Shown here: positions 1 to 11,013 of the stretch, piece by piece
Numbering within the stretch: position 1 is the first letter of the stretch
Layout of the letters: the number at the start of each line of letters is the position of its first letter
Source: a bacterium BMS3Abin06
GTDB taxonomy: Bacteria > Nitrospirota > Thermodesulfovibrionia > UBA6902
Direction of reading: 5' to 3'
DNA: 64,000 nt
Assembly (NCBI GenBank): GCA_002897895.1
Contig: BDSY01000037.1
Coordinates: forward strand, 7,306 to 71,305
Program-made: the position numbers and the translations under genes
Notes under the pieces: model-generated
The model's input: only the letters and a program-made list of their open reading frames with translations
What the model was told of the DNA's origin: nothing
The model's database searches: none

Positions 1-280
1 CTTCTGCCAACGGCTCAGGCACAGAATTCTTTAGCAGTGCACCTGTGCCGGTATATATCTTCAAAAGAAAATCATATTCATTCCTCAACTGTTGCTTTAA
101 ACCATCGTTACGCGAACTCTTTATCACATAATGCGGGAATGTTGATCCGTTTATAAATATAAAATTAATATCAGCATTCCTGCTTGCATACATCAATAAA
201 GAAATTTCTTCCGGCTCCGGTTTCCTGCCCGTTTTGGTTTGATGGATATTTTGTATAATACCGGTAATTTCTTTTTTCAT
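1..280 (-). CDS. hypothetical protein, 5' part only; the gene runs off the window start
   Basis: Minus-strand ATG at 280 opens a frame (MKKEITGIIQNIHQTKTGRKPEPEE...) that stays open to position 1. It overlaps the stop of the upstream methyltransferase by 4 bp (ATGA). Confidence 0.3.
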   Translation of the reverse strand, partial: MKKEITGIIQNIHQTKTGRKPEPEEISLLMYASRNADINFIFINGSTFPHYVIKSSRNDGLKQQLRNEYDFLLKIYTGTGALLKNSVPEPLAE

Positions 281-1344
281 GAGTTCTCTTTTTTTACCGC
301 AATAATGGAAAAATCCGGGACAAAATATTTGGCGATTCCGGCTAAAGGAGTTTTAAACAACAGACGCACCAGAGAAAAAAACAGACGAAATATAGACGGA
401 GCAAAAAGCAGACGTTCCGAAATCAGGTTATTTAACCAGTACACCATTGCCCGCTTCCTGTCCAATGGTATCAAATATTTAAAATTCAAATATCCCGGCA
501 GAGGAGTATAGAAATCGATTTTTGTGAATCCTGCCTTGTCCAATAGATCACGGTATCCGTTTAAAGAATAAATGTACGTTCTGTATTTCTGCTTCTTAAC
601 CAGGCAGGAATAAATATCAGCAGCCCGGCGGGGCATAAGATTTACAAACCGCAATCCGCTGTGAGGATCTTTTTTGCCAAGAAAGTAAAAATATGCAAAA
701 CGATTTTCAATGCCGATATATACAGAACCACCCGGTTTTAAAATTCTCAGAATATCCTTTAATACCCTCTTCTGTACTTCACCTGCCCGGACGCTCATAT
801 CGGATAACCCCAGCCATTCGACTACACCGTTAAGGATGACCAGATCAAACATGTTATCCGGAAACGGCAGATGAAGCAGATCACCGCATACAGGTATAAA
901 ATTTCCGACATCATCCTGCCGGCGGCGAATATCAATAAAACGGATCCGTTCCCATATCGGCTCAAACGCATAGACCTCGGCGCCATCACGCGCTAACGCA
1001 AACGCCAGTGTCCCCCACCCGCTTCCAGCATCAAGAACACGCCCGGCTGTATTTGATTCTACAGTATACTTCCAGTTAATACGTGAATCATCAAGCACAA
1101 AATGCTGCAGCTCTTCAGAGAAAAACTTCTGCATCGCCGCGCGCCAGCCGGTCCTCTCAGCCATCTCATCCAATTGAACCGCCTTTTCACGCGGCAACTC
1201 AGACCAGTACGGCGGAGCCTGTCTTAAAAAAACCGGTATGCCGTCCCTCACATCCCATGCGTGTGAACACTTCGTACAATAATACCGGCTATCTTTCTCC
1301 TCTAAATCATTTTTACATTCCGGACAAACAAAAACACTACTCAC
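277..1344 (-). CDS. class I SAM-dependent methyltransferase with an N-terminal Trm112-like zinc ribbon
   Basis: CPECKN...CTKCSH zinc ribbon. SAM-binding motif I VLDAGSGWGTLAFALARDG. Confidence 0.7.
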   Translation of the reverse strand: MSSVFVCPECKNDLEEKDSRYYCTKCSHAWDVRDGIPVFLRQAPPYWSELPREKAVQLDEMAERTGWRAAMQKFFSEELQHFVLDDSRINWKYTVESNTAGRVLDAGSGWGTLAFALARDGAEVYAFEPIWERIRFIDIRRRQDDVGNFIPVCGDLLHLPFPDNMFDLVILNGVVEWLGLSDMSVRAGEVQKRVLKDILRILKPGGSVYIGIENRFAYFYFLGKKDPHSGLRFVNLMPRRAADIYSCLVKKQKYRTYIYSLNGYRDLLDKAGFTKIDFYTPLPGYLNFKYLIPLDRKRAMVYWLNNLISERLLFAPSIFRLFFSLVRLLFKTPLAGIAKYFVPDFSIIAVKKENS

Positions 1345-2902
1345 TTCCGCGCCCTTCTTTCTTCAGGTCAAATTCTATTGCATGTTGAAAAAATAAAACC
1401 CTGTTATATATAGAAGACAACCGGCGTCTATCCGGCACAAGCATATTCTTTAGAACATGCCATATCAGCCATGGATGCCGGAGCAGTTTGCGGAGAAAGA
1501 GCATAAATAATAATAAAGGCTGTTTCCGCGTCACATATTTTTTCACATCATCCAAAAGATCGGGATCGAATTCCGGGGTTTTTATTATGCCCTTATTCAA
1601 AAAAGCTGCTGAAAGATTATCTATTGCCGGTTCACGGACAAAATAATCATTCTCCTCGCATATATCGTATAGTTGTGTACCATACAACGGCACAGCCATT
1701 CCCAAGCCTCCAAAACATTCATATTTCCACATCGCTTCGAGAATATAATCGGCTGTAGCCTTAATCTCCTCTTTTGTCTCGCCGGGCAGACCAACCATAA
1801 AAAACGCACGGGTATCCACACCCACTTTGCGCGCAAGTTTCATTGTCTCCTCAATTCCGGACAGGGTAATGCCTTTCCGGACAACGTTATTCAGCACACG
1901 CTGAACACCCGACTCTACCCCAAAAATAAGATGCGTGCACCCGGATGCTTTACATTTCTTTAAAAGTTCCTCATTAAACGTATCGGCACGTACACCATTC
2001 GGCGTATCCCAGCGTATATCCCAACCATTCTCAATAATACCGTCCAGTATCCTTGCAAAACGTTTTGAATCAAATGAAATATTATCGTCCTCAAAATGCA
2101 AATATTTTATGCCATACTCTTCCATAAGTAGTTGTATGTGTTTTAATACATACTCCGGAGAATGTGCCCGCCATCTCTTTCCCATATGAATATGGATAGA
2201 ACAAAAAACACAATTAAAAGGGCACCCTCTGCTCGTTATTAAACTCACGCCCCTTTCCCACCCGTCAAAACTATATGCAGTGCGTGAAGAATATTCTTTA
2301 ATCAGCGAGAAATATTTTTTCATATCTATTAAATGATAGGCCGGGAAAGGCAGTGAATCTAAATCATCAATATAAATATTATCCGATACAAATACCTTAT
2401 CCCCTGTTTTATAGGCTATGCCGGGTATCCCCTCAAAAGATGAATTATTATATATCCTCTCAACTAATTGAGGCATAACATATTCCCCTTCAGCCCTCAC
2501 AGCCACGTCCACAGAATCACAACTTCTGATAATATCTTCATACCTTACACTTACATGAGCCCCCCCTATGACTACTTTGCAGTCCGGATTAATTTCCTTG
2601 CATAATTCAGCCATCTTAAGAGCATTCGGCCATTGAAAAGTAAACTGGGCAGAGATACCGACTATATCAAAATCTTTATTCAGGAGACGGTGCTTCATAT
2701 CCTCAAATGTGATGCCGAAGAAATTTTCTCCTCCCTCTTTTACCTCTCTCTCCGGCATTATCCCATCGATAACCTCCACTTGGTATCCCTTTTCAATAAG
2801 GACAGAAGCGATCTGAAGCAAACCCAGAGGCAAATATGTCATCGGTCTGGTTCTATGAGGCAAATATCTTTCAGGTGGTCTTAAAAGAAGTATGCTTTTC
2901 AT
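1337..2902 (-). CDS. B12-binding radical SAM protein
   Basis: N-terminal B12-binding-like domain (EVIDGIMP..., VVIGGAHVS). Radical SAM cysteine motif CPFNCVFCS. Confidence 0.75.
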   Translation of the reverse strand: MKSILLLRPPERYLPHRTRPMTYLPLGLLQIASVLIEKGYQVEVIDGIMPEREVKEGGENFFGITFEDMKHRLLNKDFDIVGISAQFTFQWPNALKMAELCKEINPDCKVVIGGAHVSVRYEDIIRSCDSVDVAVRAEGEYVMPQLVERIYNNSSFEGIPGIAYKTGDKVFVSDNIYIDDLDSLPFPAYHLIDMKKYFSLIKEYSSRTAYSFDGWERGVSLITSRGCPFNCVFCSIHIHMGKRWRAHSPEYVLKHIQLLMEEYGIKYLHFEDDNISFDSKRFARILDGIIENGWDIRWDTPNGVRADTFNEELLKKCKASGCTHLIFGVESGVQRVLNNVVRKGITLSGIEETMKLARKVGVDTRAFFMVGLPGETKEEIKATADYILEAMWKYECFGGLGMAVPLYGTQLYDICEENDYFVREPAIDNLSAAFLNKGIIKTPEFDPDLLDDVKKYVTRKQPLLLFMLFLRKLLRHPWLIWHVLKNMLVPDRRRLSSIYNRVLFFQHAIEFDLKKEGRGSE

Positions 2903-3981
2903 TGAGAAACTGCCATTAGCGAATTATAAAGCTTCTCTATTTCTTTTGTATTCTTTTTTATATCAAAAAAGTGCTCTGCCCGACTTCTCACTTTTTCCCT
3001 CATATCACGAAGAATCTGTCTGTTTTTTATTATCTTTTCTATTATAGATGCCAATTCCAGATCATCGCCTGCAGGAAAAAGAAATTCCTTTAAATCCTCT
3101 CCCAGAGCTTCTTTATTGGCTGATAGATCAGAAGCAATAACAGTTTTACCCATAGCCATGGATTCAATTATTATTCTCGACAATCCTTCCCCTTTAAACG
3201 ATGGCAACACAACAACATCAACAGCAGCAATATCATCCAGAATATCTCTTTTATAATCCTTGAATACCACATTGGTATTAACGGACAGACTCTTAAGCTC
3301 TTCTAAATACTGCCGGTCTCCATCTCCCATGATTATTAATTCCACTTTTTCACTAAGTCTACTGACTGCCCTGACAAGAACCTCTATGCCTTTTCTTTTT
3401 TCTACCCTTCCAAAATAACCAATTCGTAAAAATTCGTTATCTTCGTATTTAGTTAAAGGTCTAAACATATCCAGTTCCACCCCATTATAAACAACACGGA
3501 TTTTATCCTTCTTATCTATCAATTTGAACCTGTTCGCTGCGGATTGAGAAACTGCTATCATAGAATCAGCGATGTTAAATAGAATCCTGTCCAACCACAA
3601 AAATGAATCCGATACCCTTAGATGAAGGATAACAGGCAGACGGCAGAGTTTTCCGGCTAAGGCAGCATAAAAAGTTTCCCTGGGCGATTCTGTATGAATT
3701 AAATCGATTCTTTCTTTTTTTATTATTCTCCATAAATTAATTAGCCTGCTTACTGTAAGAAACAAGTTAAAAGACCTTATTCTGGGAAAGGGAAGAACAA
3801 ATATCTTTACTCCTGATTTTGTGATCTCTTCAGACAATTCATCTCTCCCTGGAACTATCAAAAATGGCGTAAATCTCTCTTTATCAAGATGTTTTATCAG
3901 TAAATACAGACTCCTCTGTCCACCGCCGCGAAGAGAACTAAAACAGCTTGTAAACAGAATATTATATTTTGCTTTCTTCAA
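2899..3981 (-). CDS. glycosyltransferase family 1 (GT4-like)
   Basis: C-terminal GT1 motif EGLSRIIIESMAMGKTVIASD. Overlaps neighbours by 4 bp, operon-style. Confidence 0.75.
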   Translation of the reverse strand: MKKAKYNILFTSCFSSLRGGGQRSLYLLIKHLDKERFTPFLIVPGRDELSEEITKSGVKIFVLPFPRIRSFNLFLTVSRLINLWRIIKKERIDLIHTESPRETFYAALAGKLCRLPVILHLRVSDSFLWLDRILFNIADSMIAVSQSAANRFKLIDKKDKIRVVYNGVELDMFRPLTKYEDNEFLRIGYFGRVEKRKGIEVLVRAVSRLSEKVELIIMGDGDRQYLEELKSLSVNTNVVFKDYKRDILDDIAAVDVVVLPSFKGEGLSRIIIESMAMGKTVIASDLSANKEALGEDLKEFLFPAGDDLELASIIEKIIKNRQILRDMREKVRSRAEHFFDIKKNTKEIEKLYNSLMAVSQ

Positions 3982-5086
3982 ATTTAGCTCTTATCAAGCT
4001 TTGATATAAATTCGCTATTTTCTTTAACATTACCCTGGCAGAAAACTTTTCTTTGACAACCTCTCTGCCTTTCCTGCCCATTTCTTTCGCTTTCTCTCTA
4101 TTTTCTAAAACAGACAACATTGCTTCTGCTAAAGATGAAGAATCCCCTGGCGGTACCAGCAATCCATTTTTTCCATCTTCAATTACCTCCGGGACACCTC
4201 CAATAGAGGTAGCAACCACAGGCTTCCCTGCAGCCATTGCTTCAATTATTGCTAATCCTAACCCTTCTCTTTCCGAGGAAGGCAGCACCATCAGATCAAA
4301 TGAGGATAGCAAATTGGAAATATCCAGAACCGGCTCTTTGAATACAACATATGAGCTAATACCAAGTGTTTCTGCGTATTTCTTCAATTCTTCTTTTAAA
4401 ATGCCTCTTCCTACAAGAATGAATTTTACTCCATTCGGAAAATTATCTATAATGTATCTCGCGGCTTCCAAAAGATACCTGTGTCCTTTATGAGGAAAAA
4501 AAGAAGCTACGCAGCCAATTAAAAACTCCTTCTTATCGGATATTTTATCCGGGTCATTACCCTCAAACTTTTCTACATCTGTCCCATTAAAAATAACGGT
4601 TAGTCTGTCCGGGCTAATTTTTTCCCGGTCAACTGCAAAATCAGCCACTGCCTGAGAACAGCATATTATTTTATCAGTAAAAAAACTTAAAGATTTTTCT
4701 ATAAGGAGTTGTTTGCGTGTATATGTCCAGTATGTACTATGCATATGAGAAAGAATAACCGGGGTTCTTGCAAATATCCCTGCCAATCTCCCCAGTGTGG
4801 TAGCAGTACATCCATGGGTATGAAGGATATGGATTTTATCTTTTCTTAATTTCTTGCATAATCTCAAAAAAAATAATACATCCCTGTGGGAATCCATCCC
4901 TAATATCTCAACATCTACTCCCTTATCTTTTAATTCCTCAAAAATCTCCCCCCCTTTTACCAGACACCAGACTTTTACACTAAATTTATTCTTGTCCAAT
5001 CCTGTGGCAATGGTGGCAATTGCCCTTTCCAATCCTCCAATCTTGAGATTCTCTACAATGTGTAAAACATATATTTTATCTTTCAT
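3962..5086 (-). CDS. glycosyltransferase family 1
   Basis: EREGLGLAIIEAMAAGKPVVATSIGGVPEVIEDGKNGLLV, a canonical GT1 C-terminal motif. Confidence 0.8.
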   Translation of the reverse strand: MKDKIYVLHIVENLKIGGLERAIATIATGLDKNKFSVKVWCLVKGGEIFEELKDKGVDVEILGMDSHRDVLFFLRLCKKLRKDKIHILHTHGCTATTLGRLAGIFARTPVILSHMHSTYWTYTRKQLLIEKSLSFFTDKIICCSQAVADFAVDREKISPDRLTVIFNGTDVEKFEGNDPDKISDKKEFLIGCVASFFPHKGHRYLLEAARYIIDNFPNGVKFILVGRGILKEELKKYAETLGISSYVVFKEPVLDISNLLSSFDLMVLPSSEREGLGLAIIEAMAAGKPVVATSIGGVPEVIEDGKNGLLVPPGDSSSLAEAMLSVLENREKAKEMGRKGREVVKEKFSARVMLKKIANLYQSLIRAKFEESKI

Positions 5087-5095
5087 CTCTTTAGA

Positions 5096-5968
5096 TTACA
5101 AAGGTTTTCGTAGCTTAAATGTGTGCGCCTCAGAGAATTTTTTCATTAAGGAACAGTAATCAGAAATCCTATCTGCGATAAGAGTGAGCGCAAATAAAAT
5201 TGGGTGAATATTACAACGATATCCTCCAAACAACATACTTCCTCGTTTAATATCCTCAATGATAAATCCTTTATCTCGAAAAATGTCTATCCACTCATCC
5301 ATGCTTTTCACAGAAATATGCCCATGCCCAATGTCGAAAAACCGATCTTTTTGCCCACTGCTATAATAGTCAACTTGTTTATTCTCACTATAACTTCGGA
5401 TGGGAATAAGTCTCTTTAGAATTTTCGCAAACTTATTATCTCTATTAGTAGTTGTAACTATCGCTAAACCGCCGGGGTTAAGTAGTCTTATCATCTCGGT
5501 TAAACATTTCTCAGGGTTAACAAGGTGTTCAATAACATCAGTACAGAGAACAATATCAAAGCAACTGTCAGACAAAGCGAGGTTCTCAACATTACCAACT
5601 TCAAAATTTACGTTGCAGGCTTCTATACTTTTTGCAATCTCTGTGGCAGAATAGACATTTAATGAAGAGATATCGATACCTCGAAAATAGATTTTTTCCT
5701 TTGCCTCCTCTTTAAGGGAATTCAGTAAAAATATGTGATATCCATCACCACAACCAAGGTCAAGCACCTCGATTGTTCTATCTCTTTTTCTTTTTAGTTC
5801 ATCTTGAAAGCAGCTTAAAATATTCTCTATCATTTTCCATGTCTCGTAACTTTTTGTATAATTTCCTGCATGCCGACCATAAATAGCATTTTTGGCATTT
5901 ATAATATTTCTTTCAAATATCTTTTTATAAAAAGATATTTCAGACATATCACTATTCATCTTTCTCAT
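5096..5968 (-). CDS. class I SAM-dependent methyltransferase
   Basis: VLDLGCGDGYHIF motif I, plus downstream acidic and hydrophobic motifs. Confidence 0.7.
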   Translation of the reverse strand: MRKMNSDMSEISFYKKIFERNIINAKNAIYGRHAGNYTKSYETWKMIENILSCFQDELKRKRDRTIEVLDLGCGDGYHIFLLNSLKEEAKEKIYFRGIDISSLNVYSATEIAKSIEACNVNFEVGNVENLALSDSCFDIVLCTDVIEHLVNPEKCLTEMIRLLNPGGLAIVTTTNRDNKFAKILKRLIPIRSYSENKQVDYYSSGQKDRFFDIGHGHISVKSMDEWIDIFRDKGFIIEDIKRGSMLFGGYRCNIHPILFALTLIADRISDYCSLMKKFSEAHTFKLRKPL

Positions 5969-6666
5969 TTTTTGGTAACCCCAAGAAGGAGAGATGTTAA
6001 AATTCCGGGAGCGACAAACCCCTGATACCAGAATAACTTACGCAGGAAAAAATGTATTAAACCGACCAATGCCTTTCTTGTAAAACCCATTTTTTGAAAA
6101 GGAAGTATCTGAATATTGCGAAAACCTGCAATCCATAATACCTGGTATAAGCTCTTATCGGTAAATCCTATTGTATGGGTAAAATCCTTATACCTGGAAA
6201 AAATAGCAAATGGATTTCCTAAATTAGGGGTTTTCACGAGAAACACACCGCCATGCTTAGATGCCTTGTTTACTAAGGTTAAAAATTTAACTATCTTATT
6301 CTTAGGTATATGCTCCAATAAATCATTTGCCACAATTACATCATAATAATTATCTTTTCCTTTTAAAAACTCAAAAGCATCCGCAACTTCTACCTGCTGT
6401 GAGATATTTTTTTTACAAAAATCTACCTGTTGAGGTGAAATATCTATTCCTAAGAAATTTTTATACCTCTTCTTTTTTAAAAAATTAAGGAAGTGGCCGG
6501 TTCCACAGCCAATATCCAAAATTCTCACATCCCTATTTGACGGCAAATGCTTACTACAATTTAATTCATACTTCATAAAATCTTGTTTGTATTCTTTCGC
6601 TGTGAAGGTGTTGGAATTTTCAAAAATAGCGTTAAAATATTCTCCAAAGAGTTTTTCTTGTCCCAT
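5965..6666 (-). CDS. class I SAM-dependent methyltransferase
   Basis: ILDIGCGTGHFLNFL motif I and DVIVANDLLEHI motif. Overlaps the previous gene by 4 bp. Confidence 0.7.
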   Translation of the reverse strand: MGQEKLFGEYFNAIFENSNTFTAKEYKQDFMKYELNCSKHLPSNRDVRILDIGCGTGHFLNFLKKKRYKNFLGIDISPQQVDFCKKNISQQVEVADAFEFLKGKDNYYDVIVANDLLEHIPKNKIVKFLTLVNKASKHGGVFLVKTPNLGNPFAIFSRYKDFTHTIGFTDKSLYQVLWIAGFRNIQILPFQKMGFTRKALVGLIHFFLRKLFWYQGFVAPGILTSLLLGVTKK

Positions 6667-6667
6667 A

Positions 6668-7675
6668 TTATCCTCTGTTTTTAATAATCTGTATCATTTT
6701 ATTTATGCGGTGTGAGTAGGTATGTTGTTGGATAACTTCCTTATATCCTTCTTCGGCAATGCTTACTCTTTCCTCAGACCTCTCCAAATAATATTTGATT
6801 TTTTCCCTCAAATCAACAATACTCTCAAAAATTAACAGGTGTTTTCCATCATCAAATAAAGAAATAACGTCTCTTTGATTATCTACTAACAGAAAACATT
6901 TACAGGCCAATACTTCATAAATTTTTGGGCTTGCTTGATAGCACGGCGTATCCTCATCTCTATAGTGAATCGCAATCGCAATTTTACAGCTTGTATATAT
7001 CTTTATCCATTCATCAGATTTAACCCCGCCTGCTCTTCTTATACGTCTTTTTAAAGATGATACGGGAGGAACTTTCTCCCATCCCGGACCCCAAACACCC
7101 AGATCAAAATCACTAATTTCTTCTAAAACCCTCATCCTATTCGGATAATAGGAACCTACAAAAACTATATCGTTTTCATATAAAGCTTTTTCTCCCCCGG
7201 TTATCTTTACCGGCTTATGAAACTCAGGATCACAAGCAAAAGGCAACCAGTAAAGGTTTTTCAGGTTATAATTTTTCAATATCTCAATGGCCTCTGAGCC
7301 TCCTGTGAATACAAAATCATAATAATGGCTGGCCTCAATTATAGACTCAAAGTATTTAGGTACATCAATCGTCCAGAGAACGGTTTTTATCCCCATCTCT
7401 TTTATCTTTTCAATTGTCTGAGGTAAAATCCTGTACCCCCCAGCTTCAAAAAAAATATCTGGTTTAAACTTTTCAGTTAATGAAAGAAGGTTTTTATTTA
7501 TCCTTAATAAATCTAATTTATTTAAAATAGGGAAGTTATCTCTTATCCTTCCCGGTACAATAAAATCTCTATCGTTAAAAAAAGCATACTTGCTTTTTTT
7601 ACTAAGAGCATTTTCAATATATTCCGTGATGGTTATAAAATCAGGATTTTTGTTTGAGGAAAATAAAACTTTCAT
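6668..7675 (-). CDS. putative CgeB-like glycosyltransferase
   Basis: Size, position in the polysaccharide operon, and a loose resemblance to the CgeB/DUF3880 family. Weak call. Confidence 0.45.
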   Translation of the reverse strand: MKVLFSSNKNPDFITITEYIENALSKKSKYAFFNDRDFIVPGRIRDNFPILNKLDLLRINKNLLSLTEKFKPDIFFEAGGYRILPQTIEKIKEMGIKTVLWTIDVPKYFESIIEASHYYDFVFTGGSEAIEILKNYNLKNLYWLPFACDPEFHKPVKITGGEKALYENDIVFVGSYYPNRMRVLEEISDFDLGVWGPGWEKVPPVSSLKRRIRRAGGVKSDEWIKIYTSCKIAIAIHYRDEDTPCYQASPKIYEVLACKCFLLVDNQRDVISLFDDGKHLLIFESIVDLREKIKYYLERSEERVSIAEEGYKEVIQQHTYSHRINKMIQIIKNRG

Positions 7676-7867
7676 ATTAAGATTTTTATCGTGTACTGCC
7701 GCGTTTTAAATTTTCCATATTCCCAGGCAATTATGCATTAACAGTTCTTACTTCTTCATCTCATAAAATATACCAATTCGACTGATTATGTTAACTTTGC
7801 GGCACATCTCTATGGCTTTTATATTTTGTTCCACAGTTATCTTTTCTGCATCAAGTCCAATAGTTTC

Positions 7868-9295
7868 TTAAGTTCGAAACACTATTTTCCTGAAATATTC
7901 CTGATCCTGTCTATCCACGCCCCCAATCAGCACGATGACTGCAAAATATCCTATTGCACTGAAAAAAATAATTGCGGCTAACGGAAGATGGAGAAAAAAA
8001 GCAAAATAGGTAAAGCATCCCATAATACCCGCTGCAATTAGCGGCTTTAATGTTGAGTATGCCAGGGCCTTGCCATAGCTGCGCGTCTTTTTCAGAATGC
8101 AGGACATAGGAACACCTAAACCATAAGAAACAAAAGTAGCAATTGCCGCTCCTACAATGCCATATGGTGGAATTAATAAAAGGTTAAGTATTATGTTAAC
8201 TACCGCACCGGAAGATGTAAAAATAAAATCCAGTTTCTGTAACCCCGTAGAGATTAAAATATTAATATGAACAGCCCCCAAAAAAACAAAAACCTCAGAC
8301 CAGATCAGTATTCTGAGTGCCTGGACAGACCAAATGAATTGTTCACCAAAGAGAATCCTTATAGCAGGTTCAGATAAAATAGAAATTCCAACTGCAATTG
8401 GCATTATCAGTATAGACATATATTTAAAACTGAGAGCATACGCCTTTTCCAATTTTTCCCCTGAGGCTAAAAAATATTCGGAGAAAAGAGGGAAGACAGA
8501 AGTCATAAACGCTGCCGGAATAATGTTAAATGCCTCTGTTAATCTTACTGCAACCGCATAATTGCCAACCGCTTGAGCCCCCTTCATCTGGAAAAGCATT
8601 ATTTGATCGATTCTATTATAAATCATAATAAAAGTTGCTGTCAGGGCTATAGGCCAGGATTCCTTGAAAAGATTCTTCCATATTTTAAAATCAATCTCAA
8701 ACTTTGGCCTGACATATCTCCTCGATAAACGCAGGATAATCAAGAATTCTGAAAAAGCAGCAATAATGCCAGCAATTATGAACCAGAGAAGCGGAGCCTT
8801 CATGAATATAAGATAAAGGAATATGGTCAATTTCAGAACACTGCTAAAGATATTGGCCAGGGTGGGGTATTTCATCTCCAGATCAACCTGGAACATCAAC
8901 CCGTATAAGGAGCCAAAGGATAAAAGAAAGCTTAAAGAGGCGACATAAACCAATAGTTTCGTATCAAAAGGGTATTTCAAAAATGTAATGATGAGACAGG
9001 CCAATAACAGAGCAAATACCGAAAGGACAACCTTCATAATAATGGCATTGCCAAGGAGTTTATCTGCTTTTGATCTATCGCGGGATAGATCTCTCACTAA
9101 GATAGCTCTTATCCCCAAGTCCATTAAAATACCAAAAAACTCTAAGTAGGCAAAGACAAATGAGTAAATCCCGAAGTTGCTCGTCCCCAGATAGCGGGTA
9201 AGGAAAATCAGCATCACCAGACCTATCAACCTACTGACGATTCGGCCGGCAATAATTACTCCGGTGTTCCTTGCTATCCTGCGCACGGTCTCCAT
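7868..9295 (-). CDS. wzx: polysaccharide flippase, Wzx-like (MOP superfamily)
   Basis: 475 aa, about 12 predicted membrane helices, typical oligosaccharide flippase N-terminus. Confidence 0.65.
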   Translation of the reverse strand: METVRRIARNTGVIIAGRIVSRLIGLVMLIFLTRYLGTSNFGIYSFVFAYLEFFGILMDLGIRAILVRDLSRDRSKADKLLGNAIIMKVVLSVFALLLACLIITFLKYPFDTKLLVYVASLSFLLSFGSLYGLMFQVDLEMKYPTLANIFSSVLKLTIFLYLIFMKAPLLWFIIAGIIAAFSEFLIILRLSRRYVRPKFEIDFKIWKNLFKESWPIALTATFIMIYNRIDQIMLFQMKGAQAVGNYAVAVRLTEAFNIIPAAFMTSVFPLFSEYFLASGEKLEKAYALSFKYMSILIMPIAVGISILSEPAIRILFGEQFIWSVQALRILIWSEVFVFLGAVHINILISTGLQKLDFIFTSSGAVVNIILNLLLIPPYGIVGAAIATFVSYGLGVPMSCILKKTRSYGKALAYSTLKPLIAAGIMGCFTYFAFFLHLPLAAIIFFSAIGYFAVIVLIGGVDRQDQEYFRKIVFRT

Positions 9296-9337
9296 AAGAA
9301 TTTCTTTAAAATAAATTACTACTGTTTACCTGTAGAG

Positions 9338-10711
9338 TTACATATCTTTCTGGGAAAACATAGCAATTTTCGGCAGCATTACTACTATTGCCGTCAAAAA
9401 CCAGAATGGCTCCATAATACGGATAATAATAAATGTACTGGCAGAAAAAGCCTGAAATAACAGCCCGATAAAACCGGCCAAAAATCCCAGGGTTAACCCC
9501 CGGGCCCAATCGTCTTTCATAAGGTTGAGAGTCCGTGTCCCCTCCCAGAAAATACTTGCCATCAACCAGACAAATACCAAAAAACCGATCAGACCTGTCT
9601 CTCCCAGGACACGGGCATATTGTGAATCAACAAAACCGACACCTGTAACCCCATATCCTAAAATGGGGCGTTTGTACCATTTCTCTATTACATATTTCCA
9701 TATCTCTATACGCGCTGCGCCGGATTCTGCAAATGTGATCTGTCTGCCGAACACAGTATAGACTTCTCCTCCTTGAGCAAAGGTAGAGGATATCCGGTCA
9801 TAAACTGATTCAGGGAATAAAATTGGCGACAAAACAATAATAATTAACAGACATATCAATAAAATATGCCGTGCCTTTTTTTTAGTTAATATTATCATGG
9901 AAATATACATCGGGATAAAACCCAGCCATGCGCCCCGGGACAGTGTAAATATAAATGGCGGCACCATAAAACAAAGAAGCCCCAAGAGTGCAATTCGCTG
10001 TCTTACCGAGTTAGAATATAAAATAAGCCCCATAACTATCGCTATCATTAAAAGTAAATAACCCGCCAGGGTATTCGCCTCTCCGCTCTCTATCCCGTCA
10101 AAAGGGGCGGCAACCCGTGTAACTCCTGTAAGATGCAGTTGCCACGCATAAGCACTGACTAAAAAACAGGTCAGCAATATAAAAAATGTAAACATCCTCA
10201 CCTGTCTTATATTTTTTATATTGTTGCTTACCATAAAAAAAAGCAGGAAATATTCAAAATATTTCAAGAGGTAAAAAAAACTTTCTTTATAACCGGTGTA
10301 TCCTTGCAATATACCCAGGCCTGTGGCTAACAGACATATTAATATATAGAAGAGGATAGGTCTGTTAAGAGAAGTAACCCTTGACAGGGCAAGCTCTTTG
10401 TTTACAGCCATCTTGGCCAGCCAGCCCAAAAAGACCACGAACAAAAATATATCATCCATCCGCAAAACAACGGCCCTGCCTCTAATCCCTCCCACCGGCA
10501 ACTCGGGCGACAGCAGCATTGAAAAGATCAGGATAACCAGCGCTGCATCGGTATTTGTAAAGGCGATTATAAATATAGTTACTGCAAGGAGAAAAATAAC
10601 GGGAAATTGAGGGGGTATTTTAAAAATGTTCAAGAGTGCTACAGCAACAAGAAAGAGTAAGGCAATTACAATAACAAGGCTTGTCTGTCCATTTTTATTC
10701 ATTTTTATCAC
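9338..10711 (-). CDS. O-antigen ligase / Wzy-like polymerase
   Basis: 457 aa polytopic membrane protein with a large periplasmic loop, as in the O-antigen ligase family. Confidence 0.55.
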   Translation of the reverse strand: MIKMNKNGQTSLVIVIALLFLVAVALLNIFKIPPQFPVIFLLAVTIFIIAFTNTDAALVILIFSMLLSPELPVGGIRGRAVVLRMDDIFLFVVFLGWLAKMAVNKELALSRVTSLNRPILFYILICLLATGLGILQGYTGYKESFFYLLKYFEYFLLFFMVSNNIKNIRQVRMFTFFILLTCFLVSAYAWQLHLTGVTRVAAPFDGIESGEANTLAGYLLLMIAIVMGLILYSNSVRQRIALLGLLCFMVPPFIFTLSRGAWLGFIPMYISMIILTKKKARHILLICLLIIIVLSPILFPESVYDRISSTFAQGGEVYTVFGRQITFAESGAARIEIWKYVIEKWYKRPILGYGVTGVGFVDSQYARVLGETGLIGFLVFVWLMASIFWEGTRTLNLMKDDWARGLTLGFLAGFIGLLFQAFSASTFIIIRIMEPFWFLTAIVVMLPKIAMFSQKDM

Positions 10712-11013
10712 TTCAGCCTGCGTATACTGAAAAATACAGCCAGGGCAGAGGTAGCAATTAACAATATTATTACCACCTGTGCATCGAATCTTTTGTAACT
10801 ATAGGAAAACAGGATTAAGGTGCTGACAACTACTGCAGCAATTGCTGCTATGATAAAAAAGATATTAATATTTTTTGTGAGAGATATTAAGAGATAACTT
10901 CCTGCACAGATAAATAAACAGAGCAAAATTAAAAAAAGTAAGAAGTCCAGGCTAAACCTCCTCCGGCTCCGTCCCTGCTTCCTGTTTCTTGCCCGGCTTA
11001 TCCTCATATCCAT
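10708..11013 (-). CDS. small membrane protein
   Basis: Two hydrophobic helices and an Arg-rich N-terminus. It overlaps the wzc 3' end, so it may be spurious. Confidence 0.25.
   Translation of the reverse strand: MDMRISRARNRKQGRSRRRFSLDFLLFLILLCLFICAGSYLLISLTKNINIFFIIAAIAAVVVSTLILFSYSYKRFDAQVVIILLIATSALAVFFSIRRLK

Noticed and set aside
239-511. 90-aa plus-strand ORF at the window start
   Set aside because: It overlaps two minus-strand coding regions and has an AT-rich low-complexity sequence.
4053-4493. 146-aa plus-strand ORF
   Set aside because: It is antisense within the GT1 glycosyltransferase gene.
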